Made by a program: the position numbers and the translations under genes. 64,000 nucleotides of DNA from an uncultured Actinomycetes bacterium (GTDB taxonomy: Bacteria; Actinomycetota; Thermoleophilia; UBA2241), in the NCBI GenBank assembly GCA_963709345.1, contig CAVPVX010000011.1:276886-340885 (forward strand), read 5' to 3'. Of this stretch, positions 1-9,388 are shown in pieces (within the stretch, counting starts at the first letter, position 1; each line of letters begins with the position of its first letter). The notes below the pieces were generated by a model that did not search any database, was not told the DNA's origin, and worked only from the letters and a program-made list of their open reading frames with translations.

Positions 1-191
1 ATCTGGGTCGTCACCCTCATGCCCAGAGCAAAGGCGAGCTTGCCCATGGTCGCTGCGGTGAGGTTGCACTCGCCGGCGAGCACGCGCGAGACCCAGGCCC
101 GTGACGTGCCCATGCGACGGGCCAGCTCGGCGCCACTGACTCCCTTGGCGTCCATCTCGGCGACCAGCGCGTCGATGAGCTCGAGCGTCAT
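1..191 (-). CDS. higA: HTH (XRE/Cro-C1) antitoxin, HigA-like; partial, C-terminus lies beyond the window start
   Basis: Reverse translation from ATG at 191 gives MTLELIDALVAEMDAKGVSGAELARRMGTSRAWVSRVLAGECNLTAATMGKLAFALGMRV. This is a classic helix-turn-helix antitoxin. It lies immediately downstream of a RelE/HigB-like toxin ORF on the same strand. Confidence 0.7.
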   Translation of the reverse strand, partial: MTLELIDALVAEMDAKGVSGAELARRMGTSRAWVSRVLAGECNLTAATMGKLAFALGMRVTTQ

Positions 192-256
192 GAGGTAGCT
201 CCAGTACTCGGGATGCTGCCGCGCCAGCGTCGCGTGCTCATCGAAGGTCGGCGCCA

Positions 257-658
257 TCACGCTCCTATCTCGACAACGATGTCGCCGACGGCCGAGGCGG
301 CGAGGTAGTCCGTGCGGAGATGCTGTGCACGCCGGACGATCCCCCGGAGCTCGCGCGGTTTGGGCTTCCTGCAGAGCTCGCTGCACACGATGAGCCGCCG
401 CTGCTCGAAGAAGAAGACGAGCCGGAACCCTCGAGGCGTCTTGAGCTCGAAGATGCCCTCGCCGAGGTGTCGCGACCGGCGCTCGTCTCTCGGTGGTCCG
501 GCGAGAGCGATCTTGCCCAGCAAGGCGAGGAGTTGAGCATGGGCCGCTCGGTCGGTGACCGCGACTGCATCAAGCGCCTCCCTGATGGAACAGCGACCGC
601 GACCATCGACCACGGCGGCGATGATCCACGTGCTGCTCGAGATGACAGTGAGCCGCAT
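257..658 (-). CDS. RelE/ParE-superfamily toxin, HigB/Gp49-like
   Basis: ORF 257..658(-). The motif LGEGIFELKTPRGFRLVFFF...RLIVCSELCRKPK resembles phage-Gp49/HigB toxins. It sits upstream of the HTH antitoxin in toxin-then-antitoxin order with a 65-nt gap. Confidence 0.65.
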   Translation of the reverse strand: MRLTVISSSTWIIAAVVDGRGRCSIREALDAVAVTDRAAHAQLLALLGKIALAGPPRDERRSRHLGEGIFELKTPRGFRLVFFFEQRRLIVCSELCRKPKPRELRGIVRRAQHLRTDYLAASAVGDIVVEIGA

Positions 659-859
659 GTTAACTCATAAGTTGACGCGGCGCAAAGCTTGGACACTGTC
701 CCGCGTTGGAGTATCGACGTGCCGGCGACACGGGAAACTGGTTCATGGAGTCCTCACGACGCCAGCGTATGCCGGCCGCACCACGCGTCAGGATGACGAA
801 AGTGGGGCGGGGTGGACGTTGCGGGGTGGCGGCGCGGCAGTGCTCGCGCGGCGCGCCGG

Positions 860-1969
860 TCAAGCAGAAGCGACCTGCCCGCGGCCACGCCACCCGGCGT
901 CCAGACGCGCGTACCCGAGCGCGAGAAGGTGGCTCGCGACCAGGATCGGCACCCCGAGCAGCGCGGCGACCCATGACGGCTGGTCGAACACACCGAGGCC
1001 GATCGCGAGCCAGCCGATCAGTACCCACTGGATCAGGTAGACGGCGGTGATGTTGCGGCTCAGCGAGGTCAGGTAGCGCGGCACGATGCGCCACGAAAGG
1101 CGGCCGTCCAGCCACCACAGGAGCGGCAGCCAGAGCAGGACGAAGCCCGCCAGCAGCAACTGCACCGGCAGGCCGCTGCGGTAGTAGTCGCCGAAGGCGA
1201 GGATCTCGCCGGGGCCGGGAGCAAAGGGGAGGAGCGCTACGCCGGCCAGAGCCGCACCGCAGCCTGCGAGCGCCCAGCCCCGCATCAGCCGGCGCGCGGA
1301 AGAGGCACGGGCGGCGAACCCGGCCAGAGAGAGGCCGAGCAGTGGGTAGGCGAGCCACGGGAAGAGCGGGAACGACACCCAGTCGCCGAGCCCCCACAGC
1401 GGGTCGAGGGCGACGTTCCCGCCGCCGACCCCCCACAGGAGCGGCGCGACGACCGCCACCACCGCCGCCAGCGCCAGGACGAGGCGCGGGTCGCGCGCGT
1501 ACCGCTTGACCGGTCCGAGGACGATGAGCGAGAGGCCGGCGAGCTGGAGGATGTCGATCTCGAAGAGCGGCCCCCACCAGGTGCCGCCGAAGGCGTCGAT
1601 GGCGCGCGCGTCGCCGCTCACCAGCAGCGGCACGGAGAAGCGCACCAGGTTGAGCAAGTAGCCGAGCGCGAACAGCTGCAGCCCGCGCACGACGCCCTCG
1701 CGCACTCCGGTGCGGGACGAGCTGCCGAACAGGAAGCCCATCGCGACCATGAAGACCGGCGCGGCGGGGGCGGTGCCGAGGAGCAGGAAGGTCACGCCGA
1801 GCACCGAGTCCTCGCCGGAGCCCACGGCGAAGATGATCTGGACGTGCTGGAAGACCATGAAGACGATGGCCAGCCCGCGGGCGAGGTCGAGAAAGCGGAG
1901 TCGGCCGTCGGTGGTGAGCAGCGGTCCGAACGCTCGACGAGGACCAGGGCCCGGGGTCGGCCGGCTCAT
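860..1969 (-). CDS. Multi-TM membrane protein, DUF1624 / acyltransferase-like (heparan-alpha-glucosaminide N-acetyltransferase-like) family
   Basis: ORF 860..1969(-), 369 aa with about 9 TM helices. The N-terminal motif RFLDLARGLAIVFMVFQHV matches the DUF1624 signature. Confidence 0.55.
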   Translation of the reverse strand: MSRPTPGPGPRRAFGPLLTTDGRLRFLDLARGLAIVFMVFQHVQIIFAVGSGEDSVLGVTFLLLGTAPAAPVFMVAMGFLFGSSSRTGVREGVVRGLQLFALGYLLNLVRFSVPLLVSGDARAIDAFGGTWWGPLFEIDILQLAGLSLIVLGPVKRYARDPRLVLALAAVVAVVAPLLWGVGGGNVALDPLWGLGDWVSFPLFPWLAYPLLGLSLAGFAARASSARRLMRGWALAGCGAALAGVALLPFAPGPGEILAFGDYYRSGLPVQLLLAGFVLLWLPLLWWLDGRLSWRIVPRYLTSLSRNITAVYLIQWVLIGWLAIGLGVFDQPSWVAALLGVPILVASHLLALGYARLDAGWRGRGQVASA

Positions 1970-1978
1970 CGTGCGACG

Positions 1979-2203
1979 TCACGCATCGTCGGCGTCCGCA
2001 GACTTGTGGCGGTAGGCCTTCCACGCGATGTAGGCGAGGCTGCCGGCCATGAGGACGATGAACCACGGGCTGGTGATGATGGCGGCGAGAGGTTCGCCGA
2101 GCAGGACCAGCACCCAAAGGATCACCGCGGTGATCAGCGCATCGACCGCCAGCTCCTGCAGGACGAATCTGGCTCGCGAGGCAGTGCGCTTTGGGGACGC
2201 CAT
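1979..2203 (-). CDS. Small 2-TM membrane protein (hypothetical)
   Basis: ORF 1979..2203(-), 74 aa. It has a hydrophobic core and lies 10 nt upstream of the DUF1624 gene on the same strand. Confidence 0.4.
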   Translation of the reverse strand: MASPKRTASRARFVLQELAVDALITAVILWVLVLLGEPLAAIITSPWFIVLMAGSLAYIAWKAYRHKSADADDA

Positions 2204-2553
2204 CGGAAGTCGCTTTCGTCGTCTGACCAGGGAGGCCGGTCACGCAACGGCTACCTCAGGATAGTATCAGCAGAGGTCAGATTCGCTGGGCCGCGTCGTC
2301 GTCGATCTCATGGAGGCGCGCGGGTTCGACGGGGTGACCCTGCGGCACGTCGCGGGTGTCTCGCAGTCGACAGTCCGCCGGTGCTTCGACGCCGAGGGGC
2401 GTGTCACCCCATGGGACGAGCATGACGTGCCCATCGGCGCTCCCGCACGGGTATTCGTGCAGAATCCCGGCTAGGATAGCGTCCCGCGCTGGTCGCCGAT
2501 CCCGGCGCGGTGTGCACGGCGACACCACCGGCCGACACGTCGGAAGGGCGTTC

Positions 2554-3759
2554 ATGAACGATGCGATCCCTTACTCCCCAGGCGCGCCGGCGGCGGACCG
2601 TGATGATCCGGCCACGGACCTGCAACGCGCGATGGACCGCTGGTTCTTTCGTCGCGGGCTGCCGCAGTTCGCCCTCGACCACAGTTCCACCACGGCCATC
2701 TGGACGAGGGCGTCGCCGTTCCTCTTCGTCAGCTTCCTCTTCCTCGTCGTCACGAGCGCCGCCGATGTCCGCAGCGTCGCGGGCGGCGTGGCCGTCGCCG
2801 TCGCCGCCGGGCTGTTCCTGGTCGCCTTTGGAGTCGTCAATCTGCGCGGGGGGCGACCGTTCCATGCGCTGCCGCGGCGCGTCGGCTGGGGCGTGCTCGC
2901 TGCCTACGTCGTCGTGCCCACACTCCTCAGTGGCTTCGCCTCACTGCGGTGGCTCCCACCCCTGGTGACCGTGGGGGTGGCCGTCGGGTTCCTCGCGCTC
3001 GCCTGGGTCGTCACCTGGGCAGCGCTCATCCCGCTCGTTGGCTGGGCCGTCCGGTGGACCACGCGGCAATTCGGCAGCGTCGTGCCGCTCGTCACCCGTG
3101 CCCTGCCACTGCTTCTGCTCTTCGTCACCATCATCTACCTCACCACGGAGGTCTGGCAGGTCGCCGGCACGCTGCCCGCCCGGTGGCTGTGGCTCACCAT
3201 CGGACTCTTCATCCTTCTCGGCCTCTGCGTCATCGCCACGCGCCTTCCGCAGGGGATCCACAGCCTGGAGGCCACTGGCGACAGAGCCTCCATCGAGAGC
3301 GCCTGTGCCGGCACGCCGCTGGCCCCCGTCGTCGCCGGCATCGCCGACCTCGGCGAGCCGCGGCCGCTGACCCGTCTGCAGCGTCTCAACATCGGCGTCG
3401 TCATGACGATGGCCCAGGTGGTGCAGGTGGCTCTGTTCGCCGTGGTCGTGTGGCTCTTCTTCCTGCTCTTCGGGACCATCGCCGTCTCCATCCCCGTCCA
3501 GATGGAGTGGCTGGGCGGCATCAACCCCGTGGACGTGCTGTGGCACCTGACGCCCGATCGCGGCCTCACCCGCGAGTCCGTGCGCGTGGCGACGTTCCTC
3601 GCCGGCTTCTCGGCGTTCTACGTCACTGTCTACAGCGCTTCGGACGCGACCTACCACGAGCACTTCTACGCGGACATCGGTCGCGAGCTGGAGCGTGCCA
3701 TGGCGGTCCGCCAGGCCTACGTGGCCCACAGCGTCGAACGCGGTCCGCAGACGCGCTGA
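2554..3759 (+). CDS. Polytopic integral membrane protein of unknown function
   Basis: ORF 2356..3759(+). The most plausible start is ATG at 2554 (MNDAIPYSP...). There are about 8 predicted TM segments and codon third positions are GC-rich. I recognised no family. Confidence 0.5.
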   Translation: MNDAIPYSPGAPAADRDDPATDLQRAMDRWFFRRGLPQFALDHSSTTAIWTRASPFLFVSFLFLVVTSAADVRSVAGGVAVAVAAGLFLVAFGVVNLRGGRPFHALPRRVGWGVLAAYVVVPTLLSGFASLRWLPPLVTVGVAVGFLALAWVVTWAALIPLVGWAVRWTTRQFGSVVPLVTRALPLLLLFVTIIYLTTEVWQVAGTLPARWLWLTIGLFILLGLCVIATRLPQGIHSLEATGDRASIESACAGTPLAPVVAGIADLGEPRPLTRLQRLNIGVVMTMAQVVQVALFAVVVWLFFLLFGTIAVSIPVQMEWLGGINPVDVLWHLTPDRGLTRESVRVATFLAGFSAFYVTVYSASDATYHEHFYADIGRELERAMAVRQAYVAHSVERGPQTR

Positions 3760-3842
3760 GCCGAGAGCCGGCGCGTGGATCCGGCGCAGGCGCGCCGTCG
3801 CCTTCGACCCTCCAATCCGTCACACCGGAGAGAGTGCGCTGA

Positions 3843-4381
3843 TCAGTCGATCTGCGTCTCTGCGGCTGTGAGTCGCGCGATCCACGCCGACCCGTCGCAC
3901 GTGAACAACGTGCCGACTGTGCGGGATCCCACCCTCTCGAGAGTGACGGCGTACTCGCCCACTTGCACGCGGAGAGACGACCCAGATTCGGCCACCCTCC
4001 CTGGCTCGTCCCCGACGTCCATGCGTCCCCAATACTCAGTGTACGCGTCACCATCCTCGCGCATCAGACGGGGATTTCCTTCGCAGGGATAGACATGAGC
4101 GCTCGAGCGCTCGGAGCGGTCTTCTGTGTCGAATCGACTCACCCACTCCATCGTGTGCGTTGCCGGATCATAGGATGCGTGCCCTGCGAATGCCTGCGTG
4201 GAGGAATAGGGAAGACGCTCGGGGTCGGCGGAGCGGGAGACACGGATGTCGGCGAAGTGGCGATCGCACTGTAGCCACCAGACCTCGGAGACTTCGCTCG
4301 GGCCATGGCCGTCGGCCTCAATGGAAAGGCGGCGCCATGCACCGTTGGGCCAATCCACTATGCCGTTTCCCCCAGACCGCA
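3843..4381 (-). CDS. Hypothetical protein (W/D/E-rich, no recognisable family)
   Basis: This is the C-terminal 180 aa of ORF 3843..4676(-), starting at ATG 4381 (MRSGGNGIVDWPNGAWRR...). Its composition is protein-like, unlike the surrounding R/P-rich frames. It lies in a lower-GC patch next to an IS remnant. Confidence 0.4.
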
Positions 4382-4672
4382 TACAGGACCGTTCGAGCCG
4401 AGCCGCCACTCTCGCCGAAAGAGCGGCTCGGGGAAGGGCAATCGACAAGTCCGCAGGAGATTCAGCCTGCCTCCGATGGCCTGTGGGTACTGTCTCATCG
4501 AGCCCCACCTCTCCGCTACGTCGATGGTCGGGGAGCGCCCCGACTGAGCGGCCCCGCGTTCTCTGCGATTGCGCCCAGAGCCACCTTCGGCGTGGCTCAG
4601 TGCTCCTCCTGTGCATCGACGTATCGATTACGCTACTGGGAGCAGTCATCGGGCGCAAGGGTTCGCTGCTCT

Positions 4673-5641
4673 TCATCCATCCTCGTACGAGTGCGCGCGT
4701 CTCATGACCGGTTCGCAGTTCTGGCTGTTGCCATCGACCCGTACCCTGCCCGGAATCCCGGCATCTCTCGAGGAATCGGGCCCGCCATGGACGCCTCCCA
4801 GTACCCCGACGTCGCCGCAGCGTCCTGGTGACACGCCCGACCTCGGTTGACGATCCTCACGACAGCGATCATGCGCAGTGCCCGATTCGCCGAACGATCG
4901 TCGCCGCGATTGAGCCGGGGACGTCTCGTTGGCCCCGAGGAAGCGGGGAGGGGCGCGGCTCGGCGGACGAGCTCCGCGAGGGCCCGGTCGAGTCGGCCGA
5001 TCTCCCTCTCGAGGGCGGCGATGCGCAGGGCGAGGCTTCGCAGGGCGAACTTGGCCGCCTGCAGGGGCTCGGCAAGCCGCCGTGGATCCGGCCGCATTCG
5101 TGCGCACAGACGTGCCTGCCTGCCCGAGGAGAGTCTTGCCGAGCAGCGACTCGCGCAGCTCGGCAGGAGCGGTCGCGATCAGGTCTCCCGGCTGGCACAT
5201 TGCAGCGGCAAGCGCCTTCACGGCCCCCTCTCGAGAGACGCGAATCTGGCGGATCGACTCGATCACCCCGGTTGTGTCTTTCGGCACGACGACGATCTCG
5301 CCGGCCAGGACATTCCGCGCCGCGGCCAGGGCGTCGACGGGGTCGGGATTTCCCCTTGCGGCTGCGCGCGTGCTTGTGCGGCTGATTCACCTCCAGCAGG
5401 CAGACCTGTCGGCCTGTGAGCCAGCGCGTGAGACCAGCGCCGTAGGATGAGGTCGATTCGATCCCCAGAGCCGCGATCGGGCCGAACCCCTCCAGCCACG
5501 AGTGAAGCGCACGATAACCCGCGAGCGTCGCGGGAAGTCCGCGTCCCCGAGTCGCTGCCCGCGCTCGTCCAAAGCCACGGCGTGATGCGTCCGAGAGTGA
5601 CAGTCCACGCCGCCGATGACACCAAGCCACTGTTCCGGCAT
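4673..5641 (-). mobile_element. IS110-family transposase remnant (frameshifted in at least 3 frames, C-terminal region missing)
   Basis: Minus-strand fragments match the IS110 DEDD N-terminal domain: MPEQWLGVIGGVDCHSRTHHAVALDERGQRLGD, then ATLAGYRALHSWLEGFGPIAALGIESTSSYGAGLTRWLTGRQVCLLEVNQPHKHARSRKGKS. A further fragment is a middle coiled-coil: LQAAKFALRSLALRIAALEREIGRLDRALAELV. No single intact ORF spans them. Confidence 0.6.
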
Positions 5642-5928
5642 GCTCGCTCGCCCTCCTCATGGCGGTGACCGTGGGGCCGCGGCGGCCGCACAAGACAGCG
5701 AAGGGACTCACTTCGTGCGGGTTCCTGACTTGGCTACAACGAGGAGAGCTCCGTCGCGCACGACACCTCGTTCACTGCGATGTGCCGACGCATCGTCGTG
5801 GACGGCAGCGACCGTGTGCTCTGGGTGGCCGTCACGGGCGAGCAGCGTCCCGGGGGGCCCGGACGACCTCCCACCAGAGTGACGCGGCCCGCGAGTCCGC
5901 AGGTCACGTCCGCGGGCCCGGCGCCAGG

Positions 5929-5937
5929 TGCTAGAAT
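5929..5937 (+). promoter_or_regulatory. Extended -10 element (TGcTAGAAT) about 10 nt upstream of the dnaE ATG; possible near-leaderless transcript
   Basis: TGCTAGAAT sits at 5929-5937 and the dnaE ATG at 5948. Confidence 0.3.
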
Positions 5938-5947
5938 CCGGGCATCC

Positions 5948-8900
5948 ATGGCCGCCGACTTCGTCCATCTCCACGTGCACAGCGAGTACTCGCTGCTCGA
6001 CGGCGCCTGCCGTGTGAAGAGCCTCGTCCACAGGGCCAAGGAGCTGGGGATGCCGGCCGTCGCGCTCACCGACCACGGCACGCTGGGCGGCGTCGTCAAG
6101 TTCTACAACGCCGCCCGGGAAGAAGGCATCAAGCCGATCATCGGCCTCGAGCTCTACGTCGCGACCGACCGGCGCTCCCGCGCCGGCGTCAAGGAGAAGA
6201 ACGCCCACCTCACGCTGCTCGCCCGTGACGAGACCGGGTACCGCAACCTCGTCAAGCTCTCCACTCACGCGTACCTCGAGGGCTACTACTACAAGCCGCG
6301 CGCCGACTGGGAGTTGCTCGAGCAGTACCACGACGGTCTGATCGCGCTCACCGGTTGTATGAGCGGCAAGGCGTCGCAGTTGCTCCGCGACGGCAACGAC
6401 GAGGCCGCGCTGGCCGAGGTGCGGCGACTGGCCGACCTCCTCGGCCCTGAGAACGTTTACGTCGAGCTGCAGGACGCCGGCCTGCCCGAGCAGCGCGAAC
6501 TGCTGCCCAAGCTGGCGCAGCTCGCCGAGCAGGCCGGTCTGCGCACGGTCGCGACCAACGACGTGCACTACCTCCGTCACGAGGACGCTCACGCGCACGA
6601 CGCCCTGCTCTGCATCCAGACGCAGAGCAACCTCTCCGATGAGGTGCGCATGCGCTACGGCAGCGACGAGTTCTACCTCAAGTCGCCGGAGGAGATGGAA
6701 GAGCGTTTCAAGGACTACCCGGGCGCGTGCTCCGCGACGGTGGAGATCGCCGAGCGCTGTGACTTGAGCCTCGACTTCGGCGACTACAAGCTGCCGACGT
6801 ACCCGGTGCCCGAGGGCACTACCGAGGCGGCGCACCTGCACGCGCTGTGCGAGCACGGGCTCGTGAAGCGCTACGGCGCCGAGCCCTCGGCCGAGGCGCG
6901 CGAGCGCCTCGACTTCGAGCTCGGCGTCATCGGCGAGATGGGCTTCGACGCGTACTTCCTCATCGTCTGGGACTACGTCAAGTACGCCAAGGACAACGGC
7001 ATCGCCGTCGGACCCGGCCGTGGGTCGGCCGCCGGGTCCATCGTCAGCTATGCGCTCGGCATCACCGACATCGACCCCCTGAAGTACGACCTGCTCTTCG
7101 AGCGCTTTCTCAACCCGGGGCGCAAGAGCATGCCCGACATCGACATGGACTTCAGCGTGGAGCGTCGCGAGGAAGTGATCGCGTACGTGGCCGAGAAGTA
7201 CGGTCGCGACCGGGTCGCCCAGATCATCACGTTCGGCACCATGGCGGCGCGCGCGGCCGTTCGCGACGCCGCCCGGGTCATGGGTCTGCCGTACGCCGTC
7301 GGCGACAAGATCGCCAAGATGATCCCCGAGCAGGCGCCGCCGGCGACCTTCGCGCAAGCGATGCATTCCGGCAGCGAGCTCAAGCAGGCCTGCGACGCCG
7401 ACGAGCAGGTCAGGGAGGTCGTCGACCTCGCGATGAGCCTCGAGGGCCTCATCCGCAACGAATCAATCCACGCCGCCGCGGTGGTGATCAGCGACAAGCC
7501 GCTCACCGAGTATCTGCCGCTGCAGCAGAAGGGCGAGGCCGAGCTCGTCACGCAGTTCGACATGAACGACGTCTCCAGGCTCGGCCTGCTCAAGATGGAC
7601 TTCCTCGGGCTGCGAAACCTCGACGTCATCGAGGCTGCGCTCGCGATCATCGAGAAGACACGCGGCGTCTGCATCGAGATAGACCAACTGCCGCTGGACG
7701 ACGCGAAGACGTACACGATGCTGCAGCGCGGCGACTCCATCGGCGTGTTCCAGTTCGAGAGCCCCGGCATGAAGGAGGCGCTCCGCGACGTGGGCCCCAC
7801 GCAGTTCGAGGACCTCATCGCCATCGTCGCCCTCTACCGGCCGGGGCCGATGCAGTACATCCCGACGTATGCGCGCAACAAGAAGAACCCGGCCTCGGTC
7901 GTCTACGACCACGAGGCTCTGCGCCCCATCCTGGAGCCGACCCACGGCGTGACCATCTACCAGGAGCAGTACATGGCCATCGCCCGGCGCGTCGGCGGCT
8001 TCACGCCGGCTCAGGCCGACGACCTGCGCAAGGCCATCAGCAAGAAGAACCACCAGCTGATGGCCACCCTCAAGGAGCCGCTGCTGGAAGGGCTGGAGAG
8101 GAGCGGCGTGCCGCCGGCCGTCGCCACCAGGCTCTGGTCGAGCTTCGAGGCCACCGGCGACTACTCGTTCAACAAGAGCCACGCCGCCTGCTACGCGATG
8201 ATCAGCTACCGCACCGCCTGGCTGAAGGCGAACTATCCGGTCGAGTACATGGCCGCGCTCATCAGCAGCGTCATGAACACCAAGGACAAGGTGCCGTTCT
8301 ACGTCAACCAGTGCCACGAGATGGGCCTCGATGTCCTGCCGCCGGACGTCAACGAGAGCGATGTCGGCTTCACGGTCGTCGAGGACAAGATCCGCTTCGG
8401 CCTCAACGCCGTCAAGGGCGTCGGTGTGGGAGCGATCGAGGCGATCATCTCCGCCCGCGCCGGCGGGCCGTTCACATCCGTCTTCGACTTCTGCGGCCGC
8501 GTCGACTCGCAGCTCGCCAACAAGCGCACGCTGGAGGCGCTGATCAAGAGCGGCGCCTTCGACAGCACCGGCGATCCGCGCCGGGGCATGCTCGAGGCGC
8601 TGCCGCTGGCGATGTCGGACGGCGAGCGCCGCCGCAAGGACGCAGCGCGCGGGCAGGGTGGGCTCTTCGATCTCGTGCCGCCCGACGACGGCGGCCACCC
8701 CGCGCCGACGGTGCCGCGGGGCGAGTGGAATCAGGCGACGCTGCTCAAGGCCGAGAAGGAGGCCCTCGGCCTGTACGTCTCGGCCCACCCGCTGCAGGGT
8801 CTGCGCGATCAGTTGCGCGACGAGATCGAAGTCCCCGTCGGCGCTCTCGACGACAGCGGCGACGGCGCCGTCCTCTGGACCGGCGGCATCGTCGCGAGCG

Positions 8901-9358
8901 CCCAGAAGCGCGTCAGCAAGAACGGCGGCGTGTGGCTCTCGTTCCGTCTTGAAGACGTTGACGGCGGCATCGAGTGCCGTGCCTGGCCCAAAGTGTACGA
9001 GCAGTACCGCGACGAACTGGTCGAAGACGGGATCATCAAGGTCAAGGGCAGGATCGAGCGCCGCAACGAGGGTGAAAGCATGCTCGCCGTGATCGAGGTC
9101 GTGCCCTTCAACGGCGTCAGCGAATACCATCCTCTCACGGTGGTCATCGACGCCGGCTGCGTGCCGGCGGACGTGATCGACGATCTCCACCGCGTACTCT
9201 CGGACTTTCCCGGCCAGGTGCCGGTGGTGCTGCAGATGGTCCGTGGCGACGAGCGCGCCAGGCTGCGGGTCGGCGATGGTCTGCGCGTGGACCCGGTCGC
9301 CGGTCTGTACGCCGAGCTCAAGGCGCTGCTCGGCGAGAGCTGTATCGGGGTCGGCTGA
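5948..9358 (+). CDS. dnaE: DNA polymerase III alpha subunit
   Basis: The 1137-aa ORF starts MAADFVHLHVHSEYSLLDGACRV, a PHP domain. Fingers/palm and OB regions are typical of DnaE. Confidence 0.95.
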   Translation: MAADFVHLHVHSEYSLLDGACRVKSLVHRAKELGMPAVALTDHGTLGGVVKFYNAAREEGIKPIIGLELYVATDRRSRAGVKEKNAHLTLLARDETGYRNLVKLSTHAYLEGYYYKPRADWELLEQYHDGLIALTGCMSGKASQLLRDGNDEAALAEVRRLADLLGPENVYVELQDAGLPEQRELLPKLAQLAEQAGLRTVATNDVHYLRHEDAHAHDALLCIQTQSNLSDEVRMRYGSDEFYLKSPEEMEERFKDYPGACSATVEIAERCDLSLDFGDYKLPTYPVPEGTTEAAHLHALCEHGLVKRYGAEPSAEARERLDFELGVIGEMGFDAYFLIVWDYVKYAKDNGIAVGPGRGSAAGSIVSYALGITDIDPLKYDLLFERFLNPGRKSMPDIDMDFSVERREEVIAYVAEKYGRDRVAQIITFGTMAARAAVRDAARVMGLPYAVGDKIAKMIPEQAPPATFAQAMHSGSELKQACDADEQVREVVDLAMSLEGLIRNESIHAAAVVISDKPLTEYLPLQQKGEAELVTQFDMNDVSRLGLLKMDFLGLRNLDVIEAALAIIEKTRGVCIEIDQLPLDDAKTYTMLQRGDSIGVFQFESPGMKEALRDVGPTQFEDLIAIVALYRPGPMQYIPTYARNKKNPASVVYDHEALRPILEPTHGVTIYQEQYMAIARRVGGFTPAQADDLRKAISKKNHQLMATLKEPLLEGLERSGVPPAVATRLWSSFEATGDYSFNKSHAACYAMISYRTAWLKANYPVEYMAALISSVMNTKDKVPFYVNQCHEMGLDVLPPDVNESDVGFTVVEDKIRFGLNAVKGVGVGAIEAIISARAGGPFTSVFDFCGRVDSQLANKRTLEALIKSGAFDSTGDPRRGMLEALPLAMSDGERRRKDAARGQGGLFDLVPPDDGGHPAPTVPRGEWNQATLLKAEKEALGLYVSAHPLQGLRDQLRDEIEVPVGALDDSGDGAVLWTGGIVASAQKRVSKNGGVWLSFRLEDVDGGIECRAWPKVYEQYRDELVEDGIIKVKGRIERRNEGESMLAVIEVVPFNGVSEYHPLTVVIDAGCVPADVIDDLHRVLSDFPGQVPVVLQMVRGDERARLRVGDGLRVDPVAGLYAELKALLGESCIGVG

Positions 9359-9388
9359 GGCCGACCGTCACGACGGGGGAGAGGGCCC

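Noticed and set aside
660-2243. 527-aa minus-strand ORF spanning two real genes
   Set aside because: It is R/P/G-rich with low-complexity composition, typical of spurious frames in high-GC DNA. Real genes (860-1969, 1979-2203) occupy another frame.
5708-9190. Long ORFs antisense to or overlapping dnaE: 5708-7366(-), 6847-8952(+), 7463-9190(-)
   Set aside because: These are high-GC artefacts. They are Arg/Ala/Gly/Pro dominated, and dnaE in its own frame has clear conserved motifs.
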